64,000 bases of DNA, taken from positions 1 through 64,000 of IMG/VR virus record IMGVR_UViG_3300034420_000109. One strand, 5' to 3'. The position numbers and the translations under genes are program-made. The stretch is from a virus. Its lineage: Duplodnaviria; Caudoviricetes. The stretch's first letter is position 1. Each line of letters starts with the position of its first letter. Below are positions 8,091 through 17,523 of the stretch, piece by piece. The notes beneath the pieces were generated by a model, which was not told where the DNA came from, did not search any database, and was given only the letters and a program-made list of their open reading frames with translations.

Positions 8091-8881
8091 GGGGCATCCT
8101 GCGCGGCGGGGCGCTCAACCAGGAAGGCGGGGGGCGTGAGGTAGACGGCGCCGGTCTCGCCTTGAACCCGCACGAGGTAGCGGTCCACTGTTGACACGGC
8201 GCGCAGGCGCCCACCCAACCGAAGGCCCGGAACCACTCCGTCAAGGGAAGCGCGCGCAGGCACGTAAGCCACCACGACACCGCTGCGCCTTGAGGGGCCG
8301 AAGGACGAGTGCCACCCCCACGAGACCTCCACGCCAGGAGCAAGGGGCGAGACTAGGCGGGACGGCGAAGCCACCAGCGGCTCGGGGATCACCGTCGCGC
8401 GCGCAGCCACAGCACCAGCAAGGGCGGTTCGAAGTGAGGCGATCAGGTGCATCCCCCCGGGCTCCCCCAGCACGACGCGGTCGCCGTGGGTGCATCGCTG
8501 TCGGATCCCATCCTGCAGCAGCCGCAGCTGGGCGGTCGTGAGCACCTCATCAATGGCTGTCCCAACGGGAACGAAGGCCACGACCTGGAAAACCTCGGGC
8601 ACGGAGGAGATGTGTGGACGGAAGGAGACCCAGGACCCGACGGGGGGCAGTTCGTCGCGCTGTGGGGGCCGCGTGAGCCGCGGGATGCCCCGTTGCGGGG
8701 TCAGCAGTCGGAGGCGCCTGCGAGGCAGCGTGGCCCGCACGGCCGCTCGCCATTCGGCAACCCAGGCGGCGGCGTCCTCGGGAGCCACGGAGACAAGGAT
8801 GCCAGCCCGGGTGGCGGCATCAATGAGCAGGCGGCGGCGCGCCTGCAGCTGTTCGTCATTCCGGGGAAATACGGTAGCCAC
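8072..8881 (-). CDS. Hypothetical protein (two similar beta-rich halves)
   Basis: GTG start at 8881 with GAGGT RBS; alternative start at 8959. Confidence 0.55.
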   Translation of the reverse strand: MATVFPRNDEQLQARRRLLIDAATRAGILVSVAPEDAAAWVAEWRAAVRATLPRRRLRLLTPQRGIPRLTRPPQRDELPPVGSWVSFRPHISSVPEVFQVVAFVPVGTAIDEVLTTAQLRLLQDGIRQRCTHGDRVVLGEPGGMHLIASLRTALAGAVAARATVIPEPLVASPSRLVSPLAPGVEVSWGWHSSFGPSRRSGVVVAYVPARASLDGVVPGLRLGGRLRAVSTVDRYLVRVQGETGAVYLTPPAFLVERPAAQDAPCSSAS

Positions 8882-9278
8882 GGAGCACCTCGCGGTCGAA
8901 CGGGGACAGCGCCAGAGGAGGGGGATCGTTGGAAGAGATGGGGTCGTCGAAAGCCCCATACCGAGCCGAAGAGATGCTGCCAGGCGCGGGCAGGGGGATA
9001 GGGATGGGGGCGACGGGAAGGGGCTTCCCCATCAACGCGCCCAGGGCGCGGCCGATGGCATCGCGGCCAACGGCAATCAGCAGCCCATCGCGGTCGGCGC
9101 TCTGCTCCACGACCTCCAAGGAGAGCAGGGCCTTCGCGGTGATCTCGAAGCCGAAGGTTGGGAGCTGCAGGCGGTAGTCCACACGAATGACCGGATTGCC
9201 CGGCATGGGGAACACCTCCACGGTCATGACGCACGGGAGATTCCGACGGAGGGAGGGAGAGGGCACGGCGGGCCTCAC
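8856..9278 (-). CDS. Hypothetical protein
   Basis: GTGA coupling; protein-like. Confidence 0.55.
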   Translation of the reverse strand: MRPAVPSPSLRRNLPCVMTVEVFPMPGNPVIRVDYRLQLPTFGFEITAKALLSLEVVEQSADRDGLLIAVGRDAIGRALGALMGKPLPVAPIPIPLPAPGSISSARYGAFDDPISSNDPPPLALSPFDREVLRGYRISPE

Positions 9279-9637
9279 TTGGTGCGGGGGGGATAGGGGA
9301 GCTTGGACAGCCCAAGATACACCCCGAGAATCTGGCGCGCAGAGAACATGGGGCGGTCGGGGGCATCAGCCAGCAGGGCGACGGCATCCCAGGCGGTCTC
9401 GACAATTTGGTCCGGCCGGAAGGCGTGGGCGCTCGGGTAGGTCGAGACCGTGGGGTCCACCAGGGCCATGGAGGGGATCATCAGCGTCCCCAGGATGCTG
9501 TGGGACGGTAGGGACTTGGCGGCAAGCCGGTGCCCGATTGCCCCGCGGGAGATCTCCAGGTGGCGCGCGGCCTGGGCCTGGGTGAGGTGGGACGGGAGGA
9601 ACCGCCCCACCTCGGGAAGAACCAGGCTCTTAGGCAT
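9275..9637 (-). CDS. HTH DNA-binding protein (excisionase/MerR-like N-terminus)
   Basis: LTQAQAARHLEISRGAIGHRL. Confidence 0.65.
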   Translation of the reverse strand: MPKSLVLPEVGRFLPSHLTQAQAARHLEISRGAIGHRLAAKSLPSHSILGTLMIPSMALVDPTVSTYPSAHAFRPDQIVETAWDAVALLADAPDRPMFSARQILGVYLGLSKLPYPPRTK

Positions 9638-10712
9638 GGACGGTCTCGATTTCGGCGGCCTTCGGCATGACGGCCAGGGCGCGGTAGGCGTTGGGCGTGA
9701 GGGCCATGATCGTGCCCCCCAGCGTTTCCAGTTCGACGGCCCGGTCGTAGCTGGCCGCATCGTTGGCGATGTAGGTGATGGCGTTCGACAGGCCCCACCG
9801 GGTGTAGTCCTTGCCCTCCGCCAGCGCGATCAGCGCGGACTCACGCTCGGGGACCGTGAGGGAGTAGCGCGCGGCCAGGGATTCCACGACGGGGGTGGGC
9901 TCGGCCGGGAGTTCCTGGTCGGCCACGTCGCGGTAGAGGTCCAGGGTCTTCTGGAACCGCTCGGGGCTCGAGAGGGCCTCCAGGTATTCGCCCAGTTCGG
10001 CGACCATGGCGCGGACCTTCAGCTTCTGGGTTTCCGTCGAAAGGGCCATCCAGCCCAGGTCCTCGCTCTCGAGGTAGGACCCGCCGACGTGGGCCCGGCG
10101 CCGGGTCTGGTCGGCCACCACCATGCCGTTCGTGCAGACCAGGCGGTAGAGCATGGGCTTGATCGACAGGGCGCCCTTCCCGATCTCCGAATTGGTGATG
10201 ATCACGCCGTAGCGCACGACGTCGCCCTTGCGGATTTCACCTTCCACCCGGTGCAGGACCGCCTGCAGGTGCATGTAGTCGTCGGAGATATTGCAGGACT
10301 CCACATGGGCCCCCAGCTTCATAAGCGAAGGGAAGATCCCGTCGAAGACCTCCTCGTTGTCCACGCGGCGGTAGGAATCCGAGAGGAAGGCCCGGCCGGT
10401 GCCATCGAGGGTGCGGAGCATGCGGCGCGCGTTGGACCGGCCGCCGAGGGTGTTCAGGTTGTGGAGGAGCAGGTCGGGCACCTCGGCCTGCAGCTTCGAG
10501 GCGAACTTCCTGGGGATCCCGAGGAATTCGGTCGTCTGGCTGATGGCGGTGTCGGACAGCGAGAAGTCCCGGTCGTTGGGGAGGGAGACACGGATCCGAT
10601 TGTCTTCCAGGCCGAAGCGCATGGCCGAGGAGGGGGCCAGGAAGTCCTCCTTCCCGGAGGCATGGCGGAGGATCGTCTGGGAGAGTTCGTTCAGTTCGAG
10701 GCCTTGCTTCAT
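9630..10712 (-). CDS. DUF932-family protein
   Basis: RMLRTLDG..RAFLSDSYRRVDN, GVIITNSEIGKG.L.I.P..YRLVCTNGMV. Confidence 0.85.
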   Translation of the reverse strand: MKQGLELNELSQTILRHASGKEDFLAPSSAMRFGLEDNRIRVSLPNDRDFSLSDTAISQTTEFLGIPRKFASKLQAEVPDLLLHNLNTLGGRSNARRMLRTLDGTGRAFLSDSYRRVDNEEVFDGIFPSLMKLGAHVESCNISDDYMHLQAVLHRVEGEIRKGDVVRYGVIITNSEIGKGALSIKPMLYRLVCTNGMVVADQTRRRAHVGGSYLESEDLGWMALSTETQKLKVRAMVAELGEYLEALSSPERFQKTLDLYRDVADQELPAEPTPVVESLAARYSLTVPERESALIALAEGKDYTRWGLSNAITYIANDAASYDRAVELETLGGTIMALTPNAYRALAVMPKAAEIETVHA

Positions 10713-10773
10713 GGGGTGGTTCCTTTGCAGGGAGCGGGGCGCACGGGCCCCAGCGGGTGGATGCAGATGGACA

Positions 10774-10929
10774 TCAGTCGTTGAGGTCTTCTTCGAGCTT
10801 CTTCAGCCCATCGGAAGTGCTGGGGGCGAGGTCACGACCGTCCATCAGGTTGACGGGCAACTTGACCACATCGACAGCGACCCGAACGGGCAGCGTGGCT
10901 ATCTGTGCGAGGGCTTTGAAAAGTCCCAT
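10774..10929 (-). CDS. Small phage protein (51 aa)
   Basis: MGLFKALAQIATLPVRVAVDVVKLP...; may extend upstream into a Cys-rich stretch. Confidence 0.6.
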   Translation of the reverse strand: MGLFKALAQIATLPVRVAVDVVKLPVNLMDGRDLAPSTSDGLKKLEEDLND

Positions 10930-11015
10930 GTCGTTCTCCTTGAGCCAGTCGCATTCGTTGGCACACACGCAGAATTGGCAACTGGATGGGCAATCTGGTG
11001 GCGTGATCATGGACA

Positions 11016-11207
11016 TCAGCCTTTCGGCTGGTTGAGTTTCTTGAGTTCGTCGTTCATGGCGGCTTGCTCGATCATCCAGCGTGGGGCGTTGTGTAGAGCC
11101 ATAAAACGCCGTTCGCGCAGATCCTTTCCCCGTGTGTTGTATTCGGGGTGTGTGGAATCGTAGATCCAGCGCATCCACTCATCAGGCTCAAGGGAGAATC
11201 CAATCAC
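11016..11207 (-). CDS. Hypothetical protein in a lower-GC patch
   Basis: 63-aa protein-like ORF. Confidence 0.5.
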   Translation of the reverse strand: MIGFSLEPDEWMRWIYDSTHPEYNTRGKDLRERRFMALHNAPRWMIEQAAMNDELKKLNQPKG

Positions 11208-11261
11208 GGCTGGCTCCTGGACGGGATCGGCGCGAAGCCGTCCTGGGGGTGGGTTGAAGGG

Positions 11262-11666
11262 TTAGCTCCTCGGGACCTTCGGACTCTTGTGAGGCTGGGC
11301 GGCATCGGCCGCTTCGCGCAATCCACGGTGGATGGCGGAACCGGGCTGGATATCGAGGGGGGTGTCGGCATCGAGCGCGACGAGGGCCTGCTTGATGATC
11401 TGCAGCATCTTGGGCCCGGCCGCGAAGGTGTGGGCGTAGGCGATCATCCGGCGCCGGGAAACAGCACTCCCACCAGGGGAGACGACGGCGATGGGAGCCT
11501 CGGCGCCACCGATGACGCGGATTAGGTGCCCGTTGGGGATGACGCAGGTCGGGGAGCCGAGTTCTGCACGGCAGAACGCGAGTTCGATGCAGGAGGGGGT
11601 GGGCACGGCGGGCTCCAAAAAGGGTTCAAGGTCGGGGAACTGGGCGAGCAGCTGGGAGGGAAGCAT
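11262..11666 (-). CDS. Hypothetical protein
   Basis: Protein-like ORF in operon context. Confidence 0.55.
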   Translation of the reverse strand: MLPSQLLAQFPDLEPFLEPAVPTPSCIELAFCRAELGSPTCVIPNGHLIRVIGGAEAPIAVVSPGGSAVSRRRMIAYAHTFAAGPKMLQIIKQALVALDADTPLDIQPGSAIHRGLREAADAAQPHKSPKVPRS

Positions 11667-11671
11667 GGGAG

Positions 11672-12280
11672 CTACTGGACGCCCTGCATGAGTTCGGCGT
11701 AACCCAGACCGTCCTCTTCTTCGGAGGAGGCCCGGAGAGCGTCCGCAGCGGAGGAGCGGCGGCCGGAACGGCGCGGGAGGTAGGTGCCCAGGACGCGGGT
11801 CTCGCAGATCGGGCCGATGCCACGCTCCACGGACTCGGGGTCGGTCAGGGTGGCGCCGCAGATCACGCAGCAGCCCAGGGTGCGGCCCAGGACGCGCGCT
11901 TCATCCAGGGTGAGGCGGTGGGCGCCAGCGAGGCGGTAGACCATGCCGTTGGCGTATTCCCAGCGGCCACGGGCACCCACCACGCTCATGCGCTTGGCGT
12001 AGTGCTTCCCGGAGGTCTTGGACTCGACCACCACATAGACCGTCTCGTCCACGAGGTAGTAGCCGAGGTCGGCGGGCTTCTCGTTCGCCAGGGGCGCAGC
12101 GCCAGCCTTGGCGACCTTGAAGAGATTCTCGATGGCCCAGGAGGCCTGCTGCTTCGTGGCGGTCCCGTTGGTGACCATCACCAGGACGGACACGAGGGGG
12201 GCGGAGAGGGACGCGGCATCGCGCTCGGCAACGAGCCGGGAGATGAGGGCGACCTGGGGGGCGGTGGCGTGGGTGGTCAT
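11672..12280 (-). CDS. DUF6011-type Zn-binding protein
   Basis: GCCVICGATLTDPESVERGIGPIC. Confidence 0.75.
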   Translation of the reverse strand: MTTHATAPQVALISRLVAERDAASLSAPLVSVLVMVTNGTATKQQASWAIENLFKVAKAGAAPLANEKPADLGYYLVDETVYVVVESKTSGKHYAKRMSVVGARGRWEYANGMVYRLAGAHRLTLDEARVLGRTLGCCVICGATLTDPESVERGIGPICETRVLGTYLPRRSGRRSSAADALRASSEEEDGLGYAELMQGVQ

Positions 12281-12321
12281 GGCAGCCTCTGCGGGAGGGG
12301 TGGGCGGGGAAATCCGCCGCT

Positions 12322-12355
12322 AGACAAAAGTATAGCCACCCGAGACAAAACGCAA
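12322..12355 (-). promoter_or_regulatory. Putative promoter for the 12280 operon
   Basis: TATACT (12329-34) flanked by two TTTTGTCT copies 21 bp apart; the -35 candidate TTGCGT gives only a 15-bp spacer. Confidence 0.45.
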
Positions 12356-12396
12356 GCCCAAGTGTGGAAAAAGTTCAAATTCACCCCGCCGGGCAC

Positions 12397-12429
12397 AAAA
12401 AAAGAAGGCGGACCCGAAGATCCGCCTTC
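12397..12429 (-). terminator. Rho-independent terminator
   Basis: GAAGGCGGATC-TTCG-GGTCCGCCTTC followed by T7 on the minus strand. Confidence 0.9.
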
Positions 12430-12474
12430 CCCGCAAAGGAGGCGCTGCCAGCACCACCAGGGCCCCAGCTTAAG

Positions 12475-13416
12475 CTATTCGGTATCCATCGGCAAGGGGG
12501 TGCCGCCAGCGTCGGCCACCAGGGAGGTGACCTGCCGGTTCATGTCGAGGAGCATGCCCAGCCGGGCCTCCACCACGGACGTGGGGTCCTCGGCGCGGAT
12601 CGGGCCGGACCAGCGGACAGAGCAGAGGGAGCCCGTGAGGTCCAGGGATCCGCGGCGCTCGTCGCCCCACTGCAGTTCGATCTTCTTGGGCTTCCAGTTC
12701 TGGTGCAGCAGGTCCACGGCATCCTGCGAGGCGTGGGCCCAGGAGAGCATGCGGACGGAGGCGGACTCGTTCTGGTCCTTGCGGCGCCGGAAGAGGGCCG
12801 CGGAGCCCGTCGGCCAGGGCAGGATGGACTCCTCCTGCCGCCGGAGGATCGAGAGCAGCTTGTTCGCGTTCGCCTTGTCTGGGCTGGTGAAGGCCACCCG
12901 GGAGAGCGCCGCGTTCCTGCCCACGATGTCCTTGCAGACGGCCGCGCCCGAATGGCCAACCAGGATGACCTCGCCGTTTGCCAGGGAGATGAAAAGGGCC
13001 CCAGCCTCGGACAGCCGGAAAGGCGTGGCGGTTGCAAGGGTGGACTTCACGGACTTTCGGAGGCCGTTGAGCCGCTTCCGTTTCTGGGATGCCCAGTTCT
13101 CGCCGAACTCCTCCAGCGCGCGGGTGCGGAAGGCCGCTTCGACCAGGGCCGGATTCGGGGTGTTGGACAGGGCGCGGGTGCCGACGCCCACCCAGGTGTT
13201 CCCGTCCGAGTCGAGGAACCGAAGGGGGGTGGCAGGACCATTGGGGTCATACATCCCACAGGGCCCCGCGATTTTCACCTCACCGTCGGGGCGGGCGGGA
13301 ACCTGGAAGCTCTGCGCGGAGGCGGCGAGGACCGCATCCAGGATCTCGGTGGTGAGGGCGCCCGAGAGGGTGAACGAGCCGAATCCGACGGCCCAGCGGC
13401 TAGAGAGAATTTGCAT
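12475..13416 (-). CDS. RdgC-like recombination-associated protein
   Basis: About 313 aa; P..LVEAAFRTRALEE.....KRKRL..LRKSVK.TL pattern; lies in a recombination operon. Confidence 0.6.
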   Translation of the reverse strand: MQILSSRWAVGFGSFTLSGALTTEILDAVLAASAQSFQVPARPDGEVKIAGPCGMYDPNGPATPLRFLDSDGNTWVGVGTRALSNTPNPALVEAAFRTRALEEFGENWASQKRKRLNGLRKSVKSTLATATPFRLSEAGALFISLANGEVILVGHSGAAVCKDIVGRNAALSRVAFTSPDKANANKLLSILRRQEESILPWPTGSAALFRRRKDQNESASVRMLSWAHASQDAVDLLHQNWKPKKIELQWGDERRGSLDLTGSLCSVRWSGPIRAEDPTSVVEARLGMLLDMNRQVTSLVADAGGTPLPMDTE

Positions 13417-13639
13417 GGAATCTCCGGATATTGAAGCCGTCAGGGACACCCCAGCGGCGGTAGTTGACGCGCACCGCAGCGCCAGCGTCGAGCAGGCCCT
13501 GCAGGTGCGTCCGCACGGTGGGGGTGGACCAACCCAGGCGCGCGGCAATGAAGGAGACGGTCAGGGGGGCCGAGGCCCCCGCCAGGAGGCGCAGAACACG
13601 CATCCGGCGGAGGCGAATGGCGGGGGACAGGTCGGACAT
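13400..13639 (-). CDS. Winged-helix regulator (ArsR/IclR-like)
   Basis: RVLRLL....PLTVSFIAARLGWSTPTVRTHLQGLLDAG. Confidence 0.75.
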   Translation of the reverse strand: MSDLSPAIRLRRMRVLRLLAGASAPLTVSFIAARLGWSTPTVRTHLQGLLDAGAAVRVNYRRWGVPDGFNIRRFHANSL

Positions 13640-13641
13640 GG

Positions 13642-14646
13642 CTAGGCCTTATCAGACGGGGCGGCGCCAGCGGGGGGAGGGGGCGGGGTGCCAGCGTTCC
13701 CAGAGGGCTGGGCGGAGGCGTGGGACCGCTCCTCGATGGTCTGCCGAGCCTGGGCCCAGATTTCCACGCCCTGGGGCTTCCCGTCAGCGATGGCGTCGAA
13801 CTTAGGCTTCATCTCGGCCCGGGGCCTGGAGTCGAGCACCGCGATGATGTGCTCGACGACGGCGGCCTCAACGGGGGGAACCTGGTTCTTCCCCTTCGCC
13901 CAGACGAGCTTCTTCTGGCCCTCGGACATCCAGCCGGTGGGCTTGGCCCCCTGCTGCCCGCCACTGAAGGCGCCCGCGTTCCCATCGAGGGCGGTCGGCG
14001 TGTCCTCGAGGTCCTGCACGAAGACGTCGCCAGCGCCGGAGGCCATGAGCACGGCCGCGACCATGGCCCGCTTCTCCGCCCGCTTCAGGATGGAGTTTTT
14101 GACGTTCGAGTAGCCCTGGTTCACGAAGGCGGTCTCGCACGAGTTACAGGAACCCGACGCACGGGCCAGGAGGGTGCCGGAGTTCGACCAGATGGCACAG
14201 GTGGACTTGACCTCGTAATACCCGGTGACCTTCTGGTCCCGGATAACCCTGCGACGGCCGCCCTGTCCAGCGGGATCATCCACCCATTCAGAAATCTGGA
14301 TGACGCGGGGGGCGTTCGGGTCGTCGAGCACCACCGCGGACTCGAGATCGGGGGTGAGCCCGAAGGTGAGGCAGATCAACTCGGCGCCAGCCTTGCCGAG
14401 TGAATACTGCGGGAACTCCTTCTCCACCATCTGGCCGGAGGCCTCGTCCTTCACCTTCCGCTTGGTGACCCCGAAGGAGAAGTAGTGGTGCCCCTCGACC
14501 ATCACCTGCTCGAGGATCTCGTGGATGACCTTCACGCGCTCCACGATGGCGGCGGCGTTCATCACCACGAGGCCCAGGGCCTGGGGAGAGCCCACGGCAC
14601 GCACGGGGGCGTGGGGGAGAGTGGAAACGGGTGCGGATTCGGCCAT
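13642..14646 (-). CDS. Putative single-strand annealing protein (Rad52/ERF-like superfamily)
   Basis: LGKAGAELIC..FGL, GSCNSCE, NSILKRAEKRAMVAAV....VFVQDLED; acidic/Pro tail; paired with an exonuclease. Confidence 0.55.
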   Translation of the reverse strand: MAESAPVSTLPHAPVRAVGSPQALGLVVMNAAAIVERVKVIHEILEQVMVEGHHYFSFGVTKRKVKDEASGQMVEKEFPQYSLGKAGAELICLTFGLTPDLESAVVLDDPNAPRVIQISEWVDDPAGQGGRRRVIRDQKVTGYYEVKSTCAIWSNSGTLLARASGSCNSCETAFVNQGYSNVKNSILKRAEKRAMVAAVLMASGAGDVFVQDLEDTPTALDGNAGAFSGGQQGAKPTGWMSEGQKKLVWAKGKNQVPPVEAAVVEHIIAVLDSRPRAEMKPKFDAIADGKPQGVEIWAQARQTIEERSHASAQPSGNAGTPPPPPAGAAPSDKA

Positions 14647-15818
14647 CAGCGGCCTCCTTTGCTTTTCTTGCGGTTGACGCGGACCACAGTGAAGTCCTCC
14701 CCGAAGGACACGCAGTCCGCATAGGCAGCGGGGAAAAGGGTTTTCAGACGGTCAAAATCGCAGCCGGGCTTGCCGTTTTGCTTGTTGACCGTGAGGGAGG
14801 TGAACGGGGGCGAGAGAAGCGCCCGGGTGGCGCCATACTGCTCGGCCAGTTCCCGTAGGCGAGCCTTGGCGTCGTCGGCCTCCTCCTTGGCGGCCTTCTC
14901 GGCGTCGGAAGCATTGGCCGAGATCTCAGCCAGGGCCTCGACCTCGTCCATCACCCCCTCCGGGAAATAGGAGGCCTCCCGAACCTTGCCGAGGGCCGGG
15001 CAGGACGAAGCGATGGGGCACTTCATGCAGTAGCCCCTGGACTCGTCTGGCGCCAGCAGGTGCATAGAACAGGTCGCCACCACCTGCAGGTCCTCGGGGT
15101 CTTTGTCGGCGATCCCGGCCATCTGCAGGGCCTCCCGGGCCAAGGCCGCGGCGCCCATGATGGCGTCGGCATGCAGGCGAAGGGCGCGGAATTTGGCCTC
15201 CCGGAAAGGGACGAAGAACAAGGCGATCCTCGAGAGGTTGTCCCTGCAGATGAAGACCACCAGGGTCCAGCGGCGGCCCGAGAGCCCCATGTTGGACTGG
15301 GTCTGGTCCTGATACTGGAGAGAGAGCCCGCGCCGAATGGCCCCCCGAAAAACGGCAGAGGAACCAGATTTAAACTCCACCACGCCGGGACCAACAAGAA
15401 GTGCCGCCAGTTCGTCGTGGGCCCACCGGCCCCCGTCCTCGTCGTAGTAGGTCGAGCCAGGGTCGAGGTCGAAAGCGTCGGCCGCCAGGAGCCCATCGGA
15501 GTGGCAGGCGAGGTAGCCATCCTGGAACCGGGCCTGCTTCCGCCCGGTGTTCGAGAGGGCGGGGTCGAGGCCGATGCGACGGAGCAGCTGCACCCCCTCG
15601 TTTTCCACGAGGCGACCAGGTTGCATGACCCCCGCAGAGTCAGGGTCGGGCTCCCAGACCCTGCCCGTGGCCTTGGCCCAGGAGACAGCGCGAGGACACC
15701 CCCCAACCTCGGAGGCGCCAACGTAGCGGTCGCGCCCTTGGGAGATGGTGTCGCCTTCCATGAGGCGGGCCACCAGGGCCCCCCGGAGGGCAGCGTAAGA
15801 GAGAACTGGTCTCGGCAT
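14646..15818 (-). CDS. Cas4-like / YqaJ-like PD-(D/E)XK exonuclease with probable Fe-S cysteines
   Basis: ASEVGGCPR, HSDG, EFKS, Q...MG and C-terminal CMKCPIASSC. Confidence 0.8.
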   Translation of the reverse strand: MPRPVLSYAALRGALVARLMEGDTISQGRDRYVGASEVGGCPRAVSWAKATGRVWEPDPDSAGVMQPGRLVENEGVQLLRRIGLDPALSNTGRKQARFQDGYLACHSDGLLAADAFDLDPGSTYYDEDGGRWAHDELAALLVGPGVVEFKSGSSAVFRGAIRRGLSLQYQDQTQSNMGLSGRRWTLVVFICRDNLSRIALFFVPFREAKFRALRLHADAIMGAAALAREALQMAGIADKDPEDLQVVATCSMHLLAPDESRGYCMKCPIASSCPALGKVREASYFPEGVMDEVEALAEISANASDAEKAAKEEADDAKARLRELAEQYGATRALLSPPFTSLTVNKQNGKPGCDFDRLKTLFPAAYADCVSFGEDFTVVRVNRKKSKGGR

Positions 15819-15953
15819 GTGGCTCCTTTGCGGAATCCCAGGGTAGGTTGAGCGGGTCCCGCGCGCAAGTGCAAATTCTTACACTTGGAAGCATCGAAAA
15901 AGGCGACAGGTTTTGTCTAACGTAGCGGCGTAAAATGGGGCAGGAGGCCCACC

Positions 15954-16409
15954 ATGGATCTAAGAATTGCCCGGAAAACCAACACGGCGGAGCAATGCAC
16001 TGGGGTGTTGACCAGGGGAGGAACCTGGGAGGCGTGGACCCTGGAGGACCCCGTCCGGAGGGACCCCGACCCATCTACCCCCAAGAACGAGGGGAAGATC
16101 TACGGCCGCACGGCGATCCCCGCGGGGCGCTACCGCGTCACCATCACCTGGAGCCCCAAGTTCAAGAGGCTCATGATCCTGCTGAACGACGTCCCTGGGT
16201 TCACCGGCATCCGGATCCACGGCGGACGGGACGCGGAAGATACCCTCGGCTGCCCGCTGGTGGGCCACGACAGGCAGCCCAATGGGCACCTCCTGCAGAC
16301 CCTCGAAGCCAGCGCGGCCATCCGCGCCATGGTCCAGGCGGACCTGGACGCGGGCGAAGAGGTCTGGTGCGACGTCGTCAACGAGTTCCCGGAAGAGGAC
16401 CTGCAATGA
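15954..16409 (+). CDS. DUF5675-family protein, putative endolysin
   Basis: TLEDP..KIYGRTAIPAGRY..SPKF..LNDVPGF.GIRIHGG...DTLGC.LVG; first gene of the lysis cassette. Confidence 0.8.
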   Translation: MDLRIARKTNTAEQCTGVLTRGGTWEAWTLEDPVRRDPDPSTPKNEGKIYGRTAIPAGRYRVTITWSPKFKRLMILLNDVPGFTGIRIHGGRDAEDTLGCPLVGHDRQPNGHLLQTLEASAAIRAMVQADLDAGEEVWCDVVNEFPEEDLQ

Positions 16410-16768
16410 CCCGGGGGGCGGAGTTCGGGGGCAAGTGCTGGAGCGCCACCGTCTCACTCTGGGAAGGGTTCGTGGCATTCGTCCGGTGGTGGGCCGGATT
16501 CTTTGATTCCACGAACCCCATGCAGAGCACCAAGCGCCTGGCGATGGTGATGGCGACGTTTACCCTCTGCCGGGGCACCATCATCCTGGCCAAAGCCATC
16601 GCCCACCAGGTCTACCAGGGCAACGAGGTCCCGCAGGGGACGGTGTTGGCCCTGGCGGCATTCACCGTCCCCGTTGCGGCCCTGGCGGGGGTGGTCTACC
16701 TCTTCCGCAAGGACGGCACGGTCCAGAGCACAACCGCCGGGGCGGACCCGGCCCCGGAGAAGCCATGA
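16406..16768 (+). CDS. Putative holin
   Basis: 120 aa, two to three hydrophobic segments, ATGA-coupled to DUF5675. Confidence 0.6.
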   Translation: MTRGAEFGGKCWSATVSLWEGFVAFVRWWAGFFDSTNPMQSTKRLAMVMATFTLCRGTIILAKAIAHQVYQGNEVPQGTVLALAAFTVPVAALAGVVYLFRKDGTVQSTTAGADPAPEKP

Positions 16769-17520
16769 AGACGCCCATCAAAATCCTCGTCGGCATCGCC
16801 TGTGCCCTGGTGGTGCTGGCACTCAGCGGCGCGGCCATCACGGCCATGCAGCGGCGGGACGGGGAGCAGATCCAGAAGCTCCGGGAGGAACTCGGGAAGG
16901 CCAAGGCAGACGCCCAGAAGGAACACGAGAGGGCCCAGGTCGAGGCGAAGAGGGGGGAGGAGTGGCGCGCCACCGCCCAGGTCGCCCTGGACCGCGTGGG
17001 ACGCCTGGAGGGGCGCCTGAAGGGCGTGGAGGCCAAGCTGGCGGCCCTGGGCCCCCAACCGCCAGCCACGGCCCCAGAGAGCCTCCCTGTCGAGGTGGCG
17101 GCCATCGCCAAGGCCATGACGGACGCGGGGGTGAAGGCGGCGCCGCTTGCACCCCCCGTGGGGCCCCTTGAGATTGGGATGGCGGGAGCCGACGCCAGGC
17201 ACGGGCTGGGGCTCATCTTGGACGGGAAGAACTACCCCGAGGCCCTGGAGCGAATCGGGCTCCTCGAGGAGACGGTGGACACCCTGAAGGAGCAGAAGGC
17301 GGGCCTGCAGGATGCGGTCGAGGCGAAGACCCAGGAGGCGGCCTCCAACCTGGCGGCCTACGAGGCTGAGAGCCGGTCCCGAGCCAGCGCCGAGGGGGCG
17401 GTGCTCCTCCAGGAGCAGATCATCCACGAAAAAGATGCGCTCCTACGAAAGGAGCGCGCGAAGAAGTGGGTATGGGGCGGGTCCGGGGCCGGGATCGCCC
17501 TCTTGGTCCTGCTGCTTTAA
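16765..17520 (+). CDS. Spanin-like coiled-coil membrane protein
   Basis: N-terminal hydrophobic anchor, long coiled coils with a Pro hinge, C-terminal hydrophobic segment. Confidence 0.6.
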   Translation: MKTPIKILVGIACALVVLALSGAAITAMQRRDGEQIQKLREELGKAKADAQKEHERAQVEAKRGEEWRATAQVALDRVGRLEGRLKGVEAKLAALGPQPPATAPESLPVEVAAIAKAMTDAGVKAAPLAPPVGPLEIGMAGADARHGLGLILDGKNYPEALERIGLLEETVDTLKEQKAGLQDAVEAKTQEAASNLAAYEAESRSRASAEGAVLLQEQIIHEKDALLRKERAKKWVWGGSGAGIALLVLLL

Positions 17521-17523
17521 GAA

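Noticed and set aside
14646-15818. Cas4-like gene as evidence of a CRISPR system
   Set aside because: No cas1/cas2 and no repeat-spacer array in the window; the context is a recombination operon.
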